A DNA stretch of 60,391 nucleotides, filler included, from Sphacelaria rigidula (lineage: Eukaryota), in the NCBI GenBank assembly GCA_964200075.2. It is 10 parts of 10 records of this genome, joined end to end, with 100 filler letters (N's around TTAATTAATTAA, not from the genome) between each part and the next. Parts side by side here need not be neighbours in the genome. Positions count along the whole stretch, not along the records: positions 24,201 to 30,149 come from CAXNAA020023282.1; positions 30,250 to 36,198 come from CAXNAA020023283.1; positions 36,299 to 42,247 come from CAXNAA020023284.1; 7 more parts are not named here. One strand, written 5' to 3'. The notes under the pieces were generated by a model. It had not been told where the DNA came from. It did not search any database and saw nothing but the letters and a program-made list of their open reading frames with translations. Shown here one piece after another: positions 24,256 through 37,099 of this stretch (positions within the stretch are counted from its first letter, which is position 1; the number at the start of each line of letters is the position of its first letter). The position numbers were made by a program, and so were the translations under genes.

Positions 24256-25145
24256 GGCTTTCGGGGGGGGGGGTGGGACTACTGGACGTCGGTGGAAAGA
24301 TAACGCCTGCACAGAACAGGACGTTGCCATGCATTTGCACGCGCCATCGTTATCGTGCGTGAGGCGCGGCCAGCAGCGCACTTTCGTCCGAGAACGGCAA
24401 AAGAGCAGCGTTGATCGCGCCAGTCAAAGCGTATGGTATACATTAAACGCAGAGTCATGGACCCCGTCGATATAAGCCCTAGGGCACCAGCTGTACATGT
24501 GGCCATGTATGTACGAATACTGTATGTCAGCATACGCCGGAGAATGGATGATGTATGAGCACTGAAAAGCGTGCATCATCCTCCCCTCAAATCACCGCAA
24601 ATGGCTGCTGCGCTTCTGACTAAAGCCTGTCTTTGGCATACTCTTGCCAAGCACCCGCTTCGTTTCAGCATCCATCTACGCCTACAAAACCCATCCTACA
24701 GGAACTTGCGGGACTCTCATCTGACGAAACCTCGAAACAGAAAGCATAACCGTTCAAAGGGTCGACCCTTCGAGCGTCGGGCCTCGTTTCAGCACAATAT
24801 CTTCAGTTGACAGTCTCGCAAAGGAGCGCGCACCACATGTCACGATCTAGCGTTTGGGACACGGTACGTTGGTCTCTATACTGTACTGGATGTAGATGAC
24901 TGCAGGAAATCCAGTACAATGTTTTCGTGAGATTGAAAGTAGAGGATAAGATTGAGCGTAAAAAACGGTCAATGAGTGAATGAATCGCTTCAGTTCCGAA
25001 ATGCCCCTCCACGAGACCCGATATTCTTTCTGTAGTATCTTGCCACGGAGGCCCTTGACACCTCTGAGTAGGATATCGACGTGTAGCTGTGTGCACACGC
25101 CAGTGATGGAGGCAAAGAAAAGCACACACGGAATGAAAAAATGCA

Positions 25146-25271
25146 CACCCTGGACAATAGAAAAAACAGCAAAAATTGTACTGCGTACAGTATTGACTAT
25201 TGCGCCTATCGCAACAGACAATATATTCCATACTATACGCAGCACATTTTTTACAATAGAATCAGGGGGTG
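25146..25271. mobile_element. Diverged copy of the hairpin MITE family (9876)
   Basis: ccctggacaatag...tactgcgtacagtat...ccatactatacgcag...cagggggtg. Confidence 0.55.
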
Positions 25272-25667
25272 AAAAAATGGCCAAGGTAAGGCGAATGATC
25301 AAAGCCACTCTCAATCAGCGCTCGGCTCTCAATCTCACGAGAACATTGTTTACACAATTGCTCGCGTTACGTCTAATTTGCACAGCGCTGTCATCAAACT
25401 CTCCAACGCGAACCCGCCCTGGGCAAATGTGATCTTGAACGTATACCGTGAACCTCTTGCTTGATGTGGCCTTCGCGGCCGGTTTGTCCATCTGGTCCAT
25501 CCAAATAGCAAGAAAAATGTCTTCGTGCGATTATCTTGGTGTTGAGTACCATATCACCCACTTTCTCTCACCTCGCATATTATGGAGTTTTTCAACGTGG
25601 GCAAAGCTGTCGTTTTCAGGTGTCCATCTAGGGTCCTCCCGAGGGGCCCGGCGGCAAAAGGGTTTTA

Positions 25668-26471
25668 CAGTAGTGGCCCCGATTGTATGCCGGGTGGTGT
25701 ACCCCGCAAAAAAACGGCATAAAATTGAAATGGCATAAAATCGGCATATAAACGGGGGGGGGGCACTTCAACACCGGTTCGGCATAAAATCGGACTAGCA
25801 CACAAAGCACAATTATGCACTATGTAACACCCTTTGCGCGTGAATCCACGTTTTTTTTAGTAACGTCTGAGTGCAGATGGGCTTAGTGGTGGATGGCCTC
25901 TGTCTCGAGAATTGTATCACTGATGAAGGAAATAAAGTTACGGTGTACAGTAGCAGACTGCTACTGTGCCCATACGGTGCTAGGTGAATGATCTTGCTCT
26001 TGTTGTGACAACGCTCGACGACCTACACGTAGCAGCCACAGAAAAATGTTGGTCCTTTGCGCCCACGCTGCGCATTCCCGGGCTCCCTCTGAATGATGCA
26101 CACCCACAAGTCTTTCAGAGCACGCTCAACATCAAGTGTCAGAGAAACTGCGGATGTCCTGCTGTTGTCGCTTGTTGCTACTGGCATGAGCTTTGATCCA
26201 TGCAGCCGTGTTCGTGTTTCACTCGCGGCAAACTCGCATGTCAAGCTGATCTCTGGGCACAAAAATGACCCGAAACTATCCCGCGTCGGCATAAAATCGG
26301 TCCGATAATATGCCGATTAGGCATGAATTTTGATTATATGCCATTTATGGGAGGACAATACGAAAACGGCATAAAAGAGAAAAAAAAATGTGTTCCATGG
26401 AAAAACCGGCATATAATCTATTTGGCATCAAATAGTTTGTTTATAGTTGGCATCAATCGGGGCCACTACTG
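25668..26471. mobile_element. Non-autonomous TIR element with GGCATAAAA subterminal repeats
   Basis: TIRs cagtagtggccccgattgtatgcc / ggcatcaatcggggccactactg. Repeated ggcata(a/t)aa motifs near both ends. Confidence 0.8.
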
Positions 26472-27983
26472 AAATATATCTCCATTTCGGAGCATATTCT
26501 GCGGGATATGTTTCTTTAATGTTACGGTATTTTCTCAGACGGATGAGACTACAATTGCATGCGAAAGCTTACGTTATGGGTCATTATCCACTATACAGGT
26601 GAATGCTCCACATGTCGGGCTCTCTTGACACCGTTTATAGCCCCAACATACCAAAAACAAGCTTCAGATTTTTTCGCTCTACAATGACCTTCCAAGGATT
26701 AACAGGAGTGGACGAAATCAGGCCGTAGCTTGCTGACTGTACTCGTTTTGCATGTTGGGCCCATTTATCATCAACAAATCTATACCGGAGATCTCAGAAA
26801 TATTGGGACTTTTCGGACTCTACGTTCAGACTTCTCGGAAAACGTAGCGGCGTGATATTTTCTCCGAAGTTTCATTTTTGGAAAGTCCGAAAAACTCGGA
26901 TTGCGAAGCAACACGTCGTAGAGCTGCACCGTGTAAACACCGTGGTGCTCGAAAGCATTCATTCGAGAGTCATGATATACGATGCCTGTCCCAAAAAGTT
27001 CGGAGAAATCCCAGAACACAGCGTCGATAATATGGGCCTAGTATTGTACGAGTATAATGTCGACAACATGGGCCTCAATACCCCGTCTCCAGTCCGGTCC
27101 GTACTGATAATTGTACCGCATGTAAGTGCATTGCACCGTAACTCACTGCTGTTGCTCCCGACCCAGGCACATCGGGCGCGCCACGTGTAATATACGAAAT
27201 AGCAGACACAAATCCCGTATGTCTGCACGTAGAGTGCAGTGTAAGCAGCCGCGCGACACACACGACGTACGGAAGGAGAGAAGAAGCGCAGGGACGAGAG
27301 GAGGGTGGAGGGAAGCTACGCGTGAGGTTCCAAATGACCAAATGTACGATCGTGGAGAGGCAAGAACCGACGATGTAACAAGGCATGAGAAATACGAGTA
27401 ATGAACAAGACTCACCACGCACAGCATACCGGCCCGTAAGGTTATCAGGCAGATCGCAACCTCTGCTCACCGCAGGCAACACTGGGGACGACACCAGGAA
27501 TGTCTTTGATCGAACTTCTCGCAACAGCCTACCTTGGCCCCTACTGTCAGCAGTCAGCAGCACAGCAACTCGGTATCGTATAATTAACTACAGAGAGTAG
27601 TGTGCGGTACAGCTACTGTAGCCAGTCTACAGAGCGAGACACACACGCGCTGAACGACACGCGAGTCATCTGCAAGCAATCACGGCACTCGAATCCACGA
27701 CTAGTGTATTTAATGCCCAGCTTGCAAGTCGACACACACGAACAACATACCAACAGCAATGGATCCTACACCTTTGCCCGTGTCATACACTTCGTGCCAG
27801 ATGCATCCCACCAAGCATGGCACTTACCCAGACCCAACCCGTCACTTTTTACCTAGTGCTCGTTCGTTGTCACTGCACCTGTTATTGTTGTTGACTGCAA
27901 TATTCCTCATTCCACTAACGCAAACAGCTCGCCCCTGCAGTTGTACTGTGCTCCTGGATAACACAGACAACGCCCGGCCACAG

Positions 27984-28118
27984 GTCCGTGCGTTTACTAA
28001 AGGCCTTGCCGCCTGCACACCTGCTCGCCGCATCGCCGCAGCATGCATCTTGTATGCTGTCAGTTGCGACGCCTTCTATGACGAGTATATAGATATCCTC
28101 GCTCGTGTACCTTACGAG
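27984..28118 (+). CDS. Possible internal exon (VRAFTKGLAAC...DILARVPYE)
   Basis: cacAG acceptor, GT donor, 135 nt open. Product not recognised. Confidence 0.35.
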
Positions 28119-28672
28119 GTCGGCCAAACGTGTGCGTGATGTGCGATGCGATGATAGTTGTGCGTTGTAAAACACACAAAGAAGCGTGGATGGGTGTCGT
28201 TACGCTTGCTGCCTCTCTGTAGCTAGCGCCCTGGATGAACCTACAGCTGTCCACCCTGCCTAGTGCTTGTCCACGGTGTAGGGCCTGAGGTGTAGTTCCC
28301 GCATTAGTATTGTTCATTTTCCAAAAATAGAACGGGGTCGACACACTCCTCTCTGAGAGACGAGCTCTGCTCGGTATTAGCACAACGAACATTTTTATGT
28401 AACTCCATAGTGTCATTTTCAATGTACATTTACTTCAGAATGCCCCGTTGACGTGAGTATTTTTGTCTCGGAGTTCTGATGTCGAATGCGGGTCTGAAAA
28501 ATTACTATATATAATAATACAGAAACAAAAACAAAACGTTTCGCCGCAGTTGTCAGGCGCACGGTGGTAAGGCTGAGCTAACGCGTCGGAGGAAGGGGTA
28601 AAGGGTGTGCTGTCCCAGCTCTGGGGATTGATATACATCGATTTATTACTCTGGTTCAGATAATTTTTCAAC

Positions 28673-28771
28673 ATGCCGCAGAAGCATAGCAAAAACAACT
28701 GCGCCTCTAAGGTGTTCAACCACTGGGAGCGCGGCGAGGCGATCTCGGATGGGAGCTACGGCACAAGGACG
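28673..28771 (+). CDS. NOSIP: Nitric oxide synthase-interacting protein homolog, exon 1
   Basis: MPQKHSKNNCASKVFNHWER...GSYGTRT matches the NOSIP N-terminus (RHSKN...YGT). Donor GTgagt at 28772. Too short to appear in the ORF track. Confidence 0.85.
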
Positions 28772-29746
28772 GTGAGTGTTGGCGAAGGCACTCAATACGG
28801 GCACCCAGAGCCCAACTGCAGCACAGGGTATTAGACACGTGCCCTCTAGAACCTTGGCTACACTGTTTCGAAGGGAAGGATTTGTGTGGCACTTCCGGTG
28901 TTGAAGTTGTAGCTCTTGCTCTCTCTCCCCAATCTAGCGTTCAGTCCTCGCCAAGTGTCTCCGCGTGAGTCTGCATCAACATGACCAGCTTCGACTCCAA
29001 CAGACGACACACAGACAACAGACTGCAGTGTACGATGGCAGGGTCAATGCAGACACGAGTAAAGACTGCCCGCACCAGTGCTCTTGGTAGATCGGCGTTG
29101 CTCTGGTTGTACCTCCTGTGCGTGATATAATGCATGGCCTCACAGCATAGCATCTAAAGCTGCTCCTGGTCTGTGCCTCTGAATTGACTGTACACACCCT
29201 ACTGTTGTACTACAGCATTCAGCTCGCTCCATGCCACTCCGTGACGGGTAATAACACCCTCCTTGATATGTTTCTTCAACCTCGACAATCTCGAAAAAAT
29301 TACCGTGGCAACTGTCGCGCCGCATTGTGCGACACCGCCGGGCTTGTTTCGTGAGAAAGCTGATGTCGAGGTGTTTTGGAAGACGAACAGCTTGCTGTTG
29401 CGTGTGTTGTGATGCGTGCATATCGTACCGATGCCACCCTTACCCGGGCAGTCGAGCACCCCGTACCCCATCTCCTGCTGCTCACGCCCACAGTACCTGC
29501 GCCGTTGGTTGTGCAATGTGTGAAGCTTGACGGTATACAGCTCGGGAAGATCGAGACATGTGGGTAGTGCGATACGGCAGAATCTCGCGAATTTATCTCA
29601 TCCCCTCCTCACCAATAAATACATCCTGTCGGTACCCCAGGCAGGCTGGCGTCGCCATGTTTCTCACCCCTGGCCTAAGCTGTGTCTTCGTGTTAAGTGC
29701 TTTGGGCATTTGCGCATCATTTTCACCGCGGATAACAACGAAACAG

Positions 29747-29936
29747 GTCCGCCTCGGGGGCGACTCGCAGATGACCTTCGGTCACTGCGCTCTTTGCGTA
29801 CACCCCGCCGTGGACCCCATGGCAACGCCGAGCGGGCACATCTACTGCAAGGAGTGCATCGTCGAGTTCTTGCTGGCCAAGACGCAGGAGCTCAAGCGCC
29901 AGAAGGAGGCGTTCGAGGCGCAGGAGAAGGCCAAAG
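29747..29936 (+). CDS. NOSIP: NOSIP homolog, exon 2 (degenerate RING/U-box-like)
   Basis: acAG acceptor. VRLGGDSQMTFGHCALCVHPAVDPMATPSGHIYCKECIVEFLLAKTQELKRQ. GTgaga donor. Phase-0 join with exon 1. Confidence 0.9.
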
Positions 29937-30073
29937 GTGAGACACACAGCGTTTCAAAAAAAAAATCATGGAGTTTTTTGTTTTCCAAAATTCGAAGTAA
30001 ATGCCGTGCAAGTAGCACCCTGTGACCGCCGACTTGCGTCCACCCGAGGGGCCCCTTGCCGGGAAATGACGGC

Positions 30074-30116
<43 letters not shown>

Positions 30117-32208
30117 TTCCGCCCCGCCTCGCGCTGCCCCCACGTCAGCNNNNNNNNNNNNNNNNNNNNNNNNNNNNNNNNNNNNNNNNNNNNTTAATTA
30201 ATTAANNNNNNNNNNNNNNNNNNNNNNNNNNNNNNNNNNNNNNNNNNNNCTATCCTGTTTTGATCTTCTTGTTTGACGAGAGCGCCATTTTTTCGGGGAC
30301 TCATGTGTCCAATGTGTTGATGCAAAACTTACTTCTTTTGAAGTGCTCCAGACTTGTGCCTCCAAAACCTCAGTTCCAGTCCACACCAAACGATCCAACT
30401 TCATCACGACCATATACAGTGGGGTGTCCCGATCGCGTTGTTGTGATTTATCGTGACACACACGGGGGGCAGAGTATATGGTATATCTCCCTGCACATGT
30501 GAAGCCATATTCATTCGGAAACTCGGCATCAACTCCCGAGGCATACTATGGAGGAACGTACGAGCTGTCTACCAGAATTCATTGGGTCGTAATGTACCGG
30601 TGTCGATGCGGGAGTTGAGCTCCTTACAAACGCTTACCAACGCGAAATTAGTGTATTCAAGCATAGGCTTCACGCCTCAAGCGATACCGTGACTTTACTA
30701 GCTCCCCAGGGAATGGACAGTCCGTAGTCAGTAGACACTGGTACGTCCTACTCTTTCAACGAGCTAACTTGAGTGATTTTATTAGCCTAAATTTTGAAGT
30801 GTATAGTCCAGCCATTCATGCTGTGTCTCCTAGTTGAGCTGTGTTCATGTGTGTTGAGTAGATCCAGTATTCAGCAAGGCACTGACTTAAGCTTCTCGCA
30901 TGAAGAGGTAAAAATGCCGGTGTGTGTTACTCTAGTCCCCATAACCGGTATTTCCCAGGTGCCTTTTTCTAAGGATGTTGTCTTTCTGAGCTATCGCTGG
31001 GTGATCGGTGGATAGGTTGAGCATGACCGAGAATAAAGTAGGATTCCGTACATTTTGGGTAGGGTTGCCGACTCATTCGTGAGGAGATCATCTTCGGTTG
31101 TTTGCCCCGTTTTCAGTAGTGTAGTTTCACGTGCTTGGTCGATCAGTTTCCGTACCCGTGTGCTGCGTGCATGTCAACTGGTTGTGCGGACTATGACGGT
31201 TTGTAGCCACCCGTCGCCGAGGATTCTACCTGCTTTTTGAGGCCCGGAGCCGCCGGCCGCTTGTGTCAATACGCACCACTACATCGGCAGCACGTACTAG
31301 TGTAGAAATGTGCAGTATGGTACTTGTGATGACCTTGAAATCCTCTTTATCATACAACTTCGCACGATCAAATGGCGGGAGTTACGTGAAGGTAGTTCGA
31401 GAGACACCTGTGATATACATACATCTGAATTTCATGAGCTGCCCGCATGGCGCATCTGACAGCACGAAGGGGTGGGCTATAAATTCCTTGTATAGGCTCG
31501 AGATCTTACTTTCAATAATAATAAAAAATACATCCCGTTGTGTGTGTTTTTTCATCAATACCATAGACTCGGACTACTGTTTTGGACCGAAGTGTATGGC
31601 ATGTGTGTGTGTGTTGCTTTTTACATGAGCTGCACCATCAAGTGGAGGATCCAGTGGAGAAAAAATGCAGAGTTTTGCAAAGTTCTCGACCAAAGAAGTC
31701 GGCGGCACTACGTTCTGGTTCGGAAATGGAACGTTCGACGGAGCAATTGCGTGCTCGATCTTATTGCTGAGTTTAGGCCCATGCGAGATATGAACAGCCT
31801 GTGTTTACCATTTTCCCTCGAAGTACTGTATATCGCGGTTGACCAACACTTTTCACTCTTGACGGCTTTTGATACGTTTAATATTCTCAGGCAGCATTAA
31901 GAGGAACTGCCTGCCCCTCTTGTTCGACCATGGGGAAGTGGAACTGCTGGAAGCAGCCGAAAGTGTTGCGCTAGAGCCTCTCGCTTCACCTGCGTAGAGG
32001 TGATACGAGCTTGGCAGTACCCCCAGAAGGGCTGCTTGAAATGACCATCAGATAGAGTGACGGGTGTCAGCGTCGTGGAGGTGTTAGCGAAAAGGGTTGG
32101 AATGGACGATGAAAGGAGTGAGGCACCAAGGGCTGCTCCAAGAAGCCATCGTACGGTGTAGCGGGAAGCTCGAAGGCGGAGTTATGTGCCGCCCACGCCA
32201 CATCCGGG

Positions 32209-33843
32209 ATGATGGGTGTGGGGAGCAAGAAATGTGGCCACAAGGACTGCTCCAAACAACCATCTTTCGGTGTAGCGGGAAGCCGGAAGATGGAGTTCTG
32301 TGCCGAGCATGCCAGGCTGGGGATGATAAATGTGAAGAACAAGAAGTGCGGCAACGAGGGCTGCACTAAACGACCATCGTTCGGTGTAGTGGGAAGTCGG
32401 AGGGCGGAGTTCTGTGCCGTCCACGCGAGCGTGGGGATGGACAACGTAGTGAAAAAAAAGTGCGGCAACGAGAGCTGCTCCAAAGTTCCGTCGTACGGTG
32501 TAGTGGGAAGTCGGAGAAGGCAGTTCTGTGCCGAGCACGCCAGGCTGGGAATGGTCGACGTAGTGAACAAGACGTGCGGCAACGAGAGCTGCTCCAAAGT
32601 TCCGTCGTACGGTGTAGCGGGAAGCCGGAAAAGGGAGTTTTGTGCCGAGCACGCCAGGCTAGGGATGGTCAATATGGCGAAAAGGAAGTGCGGCAAGAAG
32701 GGATGCTTCAAATATCCATCGTATGGTGCAGCGGGAAGTCGGAAGACGCAGTTCTGTGCCGGCCACGCCAGGGCGGAGATGGTCAATGTCGTGAACAAGA
32801 AGTGCGGCAACGAGGGCTGCCCCATGAACCCATCGTACGGTGTAGCAGGAAGCCGGACGCCGGAGTCCTGTGTCAACCATGCCAGGGTGGGGATGGTCGA
32901 TGTAGTGAGCGAGAAGAGTGGTAACGAGATCTTCTCCAAGAAGCCATCGTACGGTGTAGCGGGGAAGCGGATGGCGCAAATTTCTTCTGATCGCGACACA
33001 GAAGGAATGATCAATGTGGTGAGCAAGGAGCGCGTCAACGAAGGCTGCTCCGAAATTCCATCATACTGTGCAGCGGAAAGTCGGTTGGCGAAGACCTGCT
33101 CGGACCACGCGAGGGTGGGTATGGTGAATTTAGCGACCGAGAAATGCAGCAACGAGGGCTGCACTAAACAAACATCGCACGGTGCAGCGGGAAGTCGGGA
33201 GGTGGATTTGTGTGCCGATCACGCGACGACGGGGATGGTTAATGCGGGCAGCGCGAAGAATGGCAACGAGGGCTGCTCGAATCGGCGTGTGCACCACGTT
33301 GGTGACGTTCAACAGGGTAACGTATGCGAGCAGGCCGTATCACGAGCAACCAGACAAGGGCAGCATGGAGACATGTACGACGAGAATTTCATCCAAGACG
33401 GACAAGCCAACCTTTCCACTAGTCACAAGGGTGGTGCGGGTGATGGCGGGTTCGGCTCTGCTTTGCTTGTAAGTTTTGAACTTGTTAGTACCGCGCAGTC
33501 GCAGCCTGCCGAGGGCGCTGAAGGAATACCTCTGGGGACGAGGCCGCACGCGAGTGTGAAATTGGAAGAGTCTGCTCCCCTTCAGCGTCTCAGGCAGAGC
33601 CTGCGAAAGAGGGTTGGCGTGGCCACCTACTCGAATGAAGGTGGTAGCAGCAGGATTGGCAATACCTCCAGCGATAGTTGTGATGGAAGAATGAAGAAAC
33701 GGATTTGCAGGACGCCGTCGATGGTACATGACCACCTTCGACCGAACAATGTTTCTGTGGGTGCTTCTTCAGTGATGTCCGAAGGGAAAGAAGGCTTGAA
33801 GATGGAGCTGGCAGTTTCGGCTCCGTTTACCCGGCTTGCGTAA
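32209..33843 (+). CDS. EsV-1-7 cysteine-rich repeat protein (about nine 38-aa repeats plus a C-terminal tail)
   Basis: Tandem units M(V/I)NV..KKCGNEGC.K.PSYGVAGSR..EFCA.HAR.G (C-x4-C-x16-C-x2-H) with a 114-bp period. Intronless. Confidence 0.85.
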   Translation: MMGVGSKKCGHKDCSKQPSFGVAGSRKMEFCAEHARLGMINVKNKKCGNEGCTKRPSFGVVGSRRAEFCAVHASVGMDNVVKKKCGNESCSKVPSYGVVGSRRRQFCAEHARLGMVDVVNKTCGNESCSKVPSYGVAGSRKREFCAEHARLGMVNMAKRKCGKKGCFKYPSYGAAGSRKTQFCAGHARAEMVNVVNKKCGNEGCPMNPSYGVAGSRTPESCVNHARVGMVDVVSEKSGNEIFSKKPSYGVAGKRMAQISSDRDTEGMINVVSKERVNEGCSEIPSYCAAESRLAKTCSDHARVGMVNLATEKCSNEGCTKQTSHGAAGSREVDLCADHATTGMVNAGSAKNGNEGCSNRRVHHVGDVQQGNVCEQAVSRATRQGQHGDMYDENFIQDGQANLSTSHKGGAGDGGFGSALLVSFELVSTAQSQPAEGAEGIPLGTRPHASVKLEESAPLQRLRQSLRKRVGVATYSNEGGSSRIGNTSSDSCDGRMKKRICRTPSMVHDHLRPNNVSVGASSVMSEGKEGLKMELAVSAPFTRLA

Positions 33844-35921
33844 GTGTTGTCAACACGAATGAGAGTTGGAGTAATTCTGACATCCTGGCTGCTCGCCGAT
33901 TTGTAGCTCAGCGATAGTTTTGCCGGAAGAGTTTGGTGGTATATTTGAATCCGCCGCCGTATAGCCCCGTTTCGTGCGTGTCGTCCCGACACGGTGGAGC
34001 TGTTCTTGTGTGACCATGGTGGATGCAAATGTGTCCGTTGTGGAAAAGGCAGCTCGCGCAAGTGTGGTTTTGTTGTGTTAGCGGGTATGCACGCTGCCTT
34101 GCCTGTAACACGGGATTTTACAATTTGGGGATGGGTGTTTGGGGGGCATGGGCAAGGTCAAAAGTTGAACCGAAAAATGCCAAAAATATTGTCGGAAATT
34201 ATGTTCTATCACTTGTCTGATAGTCACCGGAGGTTTCGGAGGGCGTTCATCGTAGGTATGTATGTGACTACTGCCGAGTTGTTATTGTTCCGCACTCCTA
34301 CTACTCTGCTGCAGTATTGTATGCACTTGTTGTACAGTATATAAACATGACATCGTCCCGTTTATATCGCCCTGCTGCATTCACTGTGACAAGTAGATGT
34401 TCCAGGCAGGCATTTTTGAACACGCCGCCCCTGCTATTAGTGTCAAATACTTATTTTTGGTGGCACCGCGTTCCATTAAGACGAAGCTGAGATTCGTTGT
34501 AGTAACCAACGATAGGCGAAACAAAGGCTCTGGACCCCCACGCCATTTTCCCCAGTTTGAGCCGGCCGAGGGGTGGAGGGGGTGGGGGGGAAGGTGTGGT
34601 ATTGTTCATAGCACACTAAATCCTGAACAAAAAACAAGTCACTTGACCGTAGAGTAGGGACGAAGGCACTGGAACTGGGGAGGGGGGGGGGTATTTTTCA
34701 CTGCATACTAAGCCGCGCCCCCGGTGGTCTGATGGTCCGACTGTCGCCATCAGGGTGCAGAGAACGAGCCTTCGATACGCGATGTGTTGGGTTTTTTCTT
34801 CAAAGTACGTGATTTCCACCATGGAAAGCGTGAGAAAGTTAGTAAACAAAGTTGTCCACCTGAGTTTGTTCGACGGGGGTTGACGCAGTGGGGGAGAGCT
34901 GATCCAATCCGTGAGACCTTCATGCGAGGCGTGTACCCGGGAGGAATGAGTTAATCCCTTGAGGCCGCGGACTCGTCTCTAGGGAGTGGAGGGGTTCAGA
35001 GTGCGATAACTACAAGAACTCAAAATTCAAAATGATCCTGAAGCCCATAGTAACAGAGGTAGAACACTCATTCCTATACAAAAAACGAGAGAATTCCAAT
35101 TTCACAGAGCGAAGTTGGTTTCTGCTGAGGGTAAAAATTCGACCAAGAGGTTTTTTGCGTGGTGGTTCCTGCGATATTTTGTTTCGCTAGATTTTTCCGG
35201 TCTAAAACCCTTCGATTTCGGTTTTATGGGGATAACTTCGTCAAACGGACACCAAACGCATCCTGCTCCAAGGGGCACTTGGACACAAAAAAGTTGCCGC
35301 TGCCTACCTAGTATGATCCTACAAATCGAAGTCTTGAGTGAGAACCCCCAGCGTTTGGTGCCCATGTACAAGGATGATCTTCATCGGGTATCATGCTCCA
35401 AAACGTACCTGACAAGTGGGAAAAACCCCCGTACAGACAGTGGCAATTCTGGCGGATCCTATGCCTTGACAGTCTGGCAGCCGGCAAGGTGGTTATGGTC
35501 ATGTGTCTCTAGCGATATCAACTTACAGTACACTGGAGCAGAGCTTGCAGGCGAATATTTCGGCGATTGCCTCACCTGCAATTCGCCCAGATGTTGCCCC
35601 TGCATTCCAATTCTAAAATTGGTTGTTGTGTCAGGCTATTCCAGATTCGGTTATAGATTTCTGTGACAGAAACCACTGTCGTTTGTTTCGGAATACTTGA
35701 AAAAAACGAGCAGAACCTCTAAAAAGAACAGCAGAACCTTTCGGAAAACTGCTAAAAAACTGCTCAAAAGATGACCCCATTATCTTGACTACAGGGTGGT
35801 ACACTGAGCACCAGATAACTATGCAGTGGTGTATGAACTACAGAGTACTACACTCAACACCAGACAACACGGCAGTATGCAATGGTTTTTAGTTTCAGAA
35901 CCTGAACACGGACCTTCTGTG

Positions 35922-36010
35922 TGTGTGACCCCGGCTGGTGCGCCCACATATACCAAAATGCCTACACCGGCGTCCAAAATAGATGGGACGACACCACACA
36001 CACGCACAGT
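35922..36010 (+). mobile_element. SINE 3' fragment
   Basis: gtgaccccggctggtgcgcccacatatacc...atgggacgacaccacacac matches 54606-54690. Confidence 0.7.
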
Positions 36011-37099
36011 GTACATACAAATACCGCACAGCAGACAGCAGACAACTTGTATTCTGCCGATGTGGGGGCGGGGTGTTGCTCTATTGCAGCGGAAGCTTCG
36101 AGGCGCGAATATACCACCATCAAACCCAAGAACAAAGGAAAGAAGCAGATGCCCGCAACAGCAGCTGCCCAAAGTGGAGATGACTGACGAGTACCGGANN
36201 NNNNNNNNNNNNNNNNNNNNNNNNNNNNNNNNNNNNNNNNNNTTAATTAATTAANNNNNNNNNNNNNNNNNNNNNNNNNNNNNNNNNNNNNNNNNNNNGT
36301 ATCTACGCGATCGAGGGGCATTGGACCGACAAAAAAGTCATTGGGCGCCATCGCTGAAAGCGTACTGTTTTGAGCTCGAACCTCATTTCATTGATGAACC
36401 TTATTTTATAGAATCCTCTGTTTGTTGAAAATCACATGCAGCAGCATATAGCATTTGGAGGAAGAAACTTGCAGTTGAGAGGAATATGGCTGGATCGAGA
36501 ACCCAACTATGAAAACATAGCCCTGCATGTGCAGCACTTGGTGACGCTGCGACTGCCCCACCCACAAACAAGTGCACCGGAGACGGTCCATCAACGGGTG
36601 ACATGGCGTGTGTTCATCATATATGTCGATGTGGTAGTTTCGGGCCTATATGCTTGTTCGGGACAGGTGTTTTGGGCTTGTCATCACTTTTGCGAAACGA
36701 CATATCATTATATTCCTCCAGACGCCGTTGGTGGCTGGTTTCGAAACCGGGTCAGCCACACAACCATAGTCGCACTGAGGATATTTTTCTTAAACCTACA
36801 TCACCACGCGCGCGTCCGGCGATGATCGCGCATACCAAGTTGTCGACGTATGTGCCATATCGAAGTAATCAATGAAATGAGAAGAGGGTAACAGCATAAC
36901 CAACCTTAGAACACGCAGAAATGTGGTTAGTACACAGTAGCGTGCTGTGTATGTGCCCTGCTTCGTCGCTGTCGGGTAGTCATGCTGTCGACATTACACT
37001 ATTGGAGAGGGGATTTCATTCGCACAGCATTGCACGAGTGTGACTTATCGAGATGTACACATCACCTGGGCAGCTGTAATGAAGCTCGAGTCGTGATCG

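Noticed and set aside
24721..24740. Hammerhead ribozyme (CTGACGA...GAAA)
   Set aside because: No stem II can form between the core motifs.
32119..32121. Selenocysteine TGA at a conserved Cys
   Set aside because: Another in-frame TGA lies three codons upstream and the neighbouring repeats are decayed, so a nonsense mutation is the simpler explanation.
32067..33164. 365-aa minus-strand ORF
   Set aside because: It is the antisense shadow of the EsV-1-7 repeat array.
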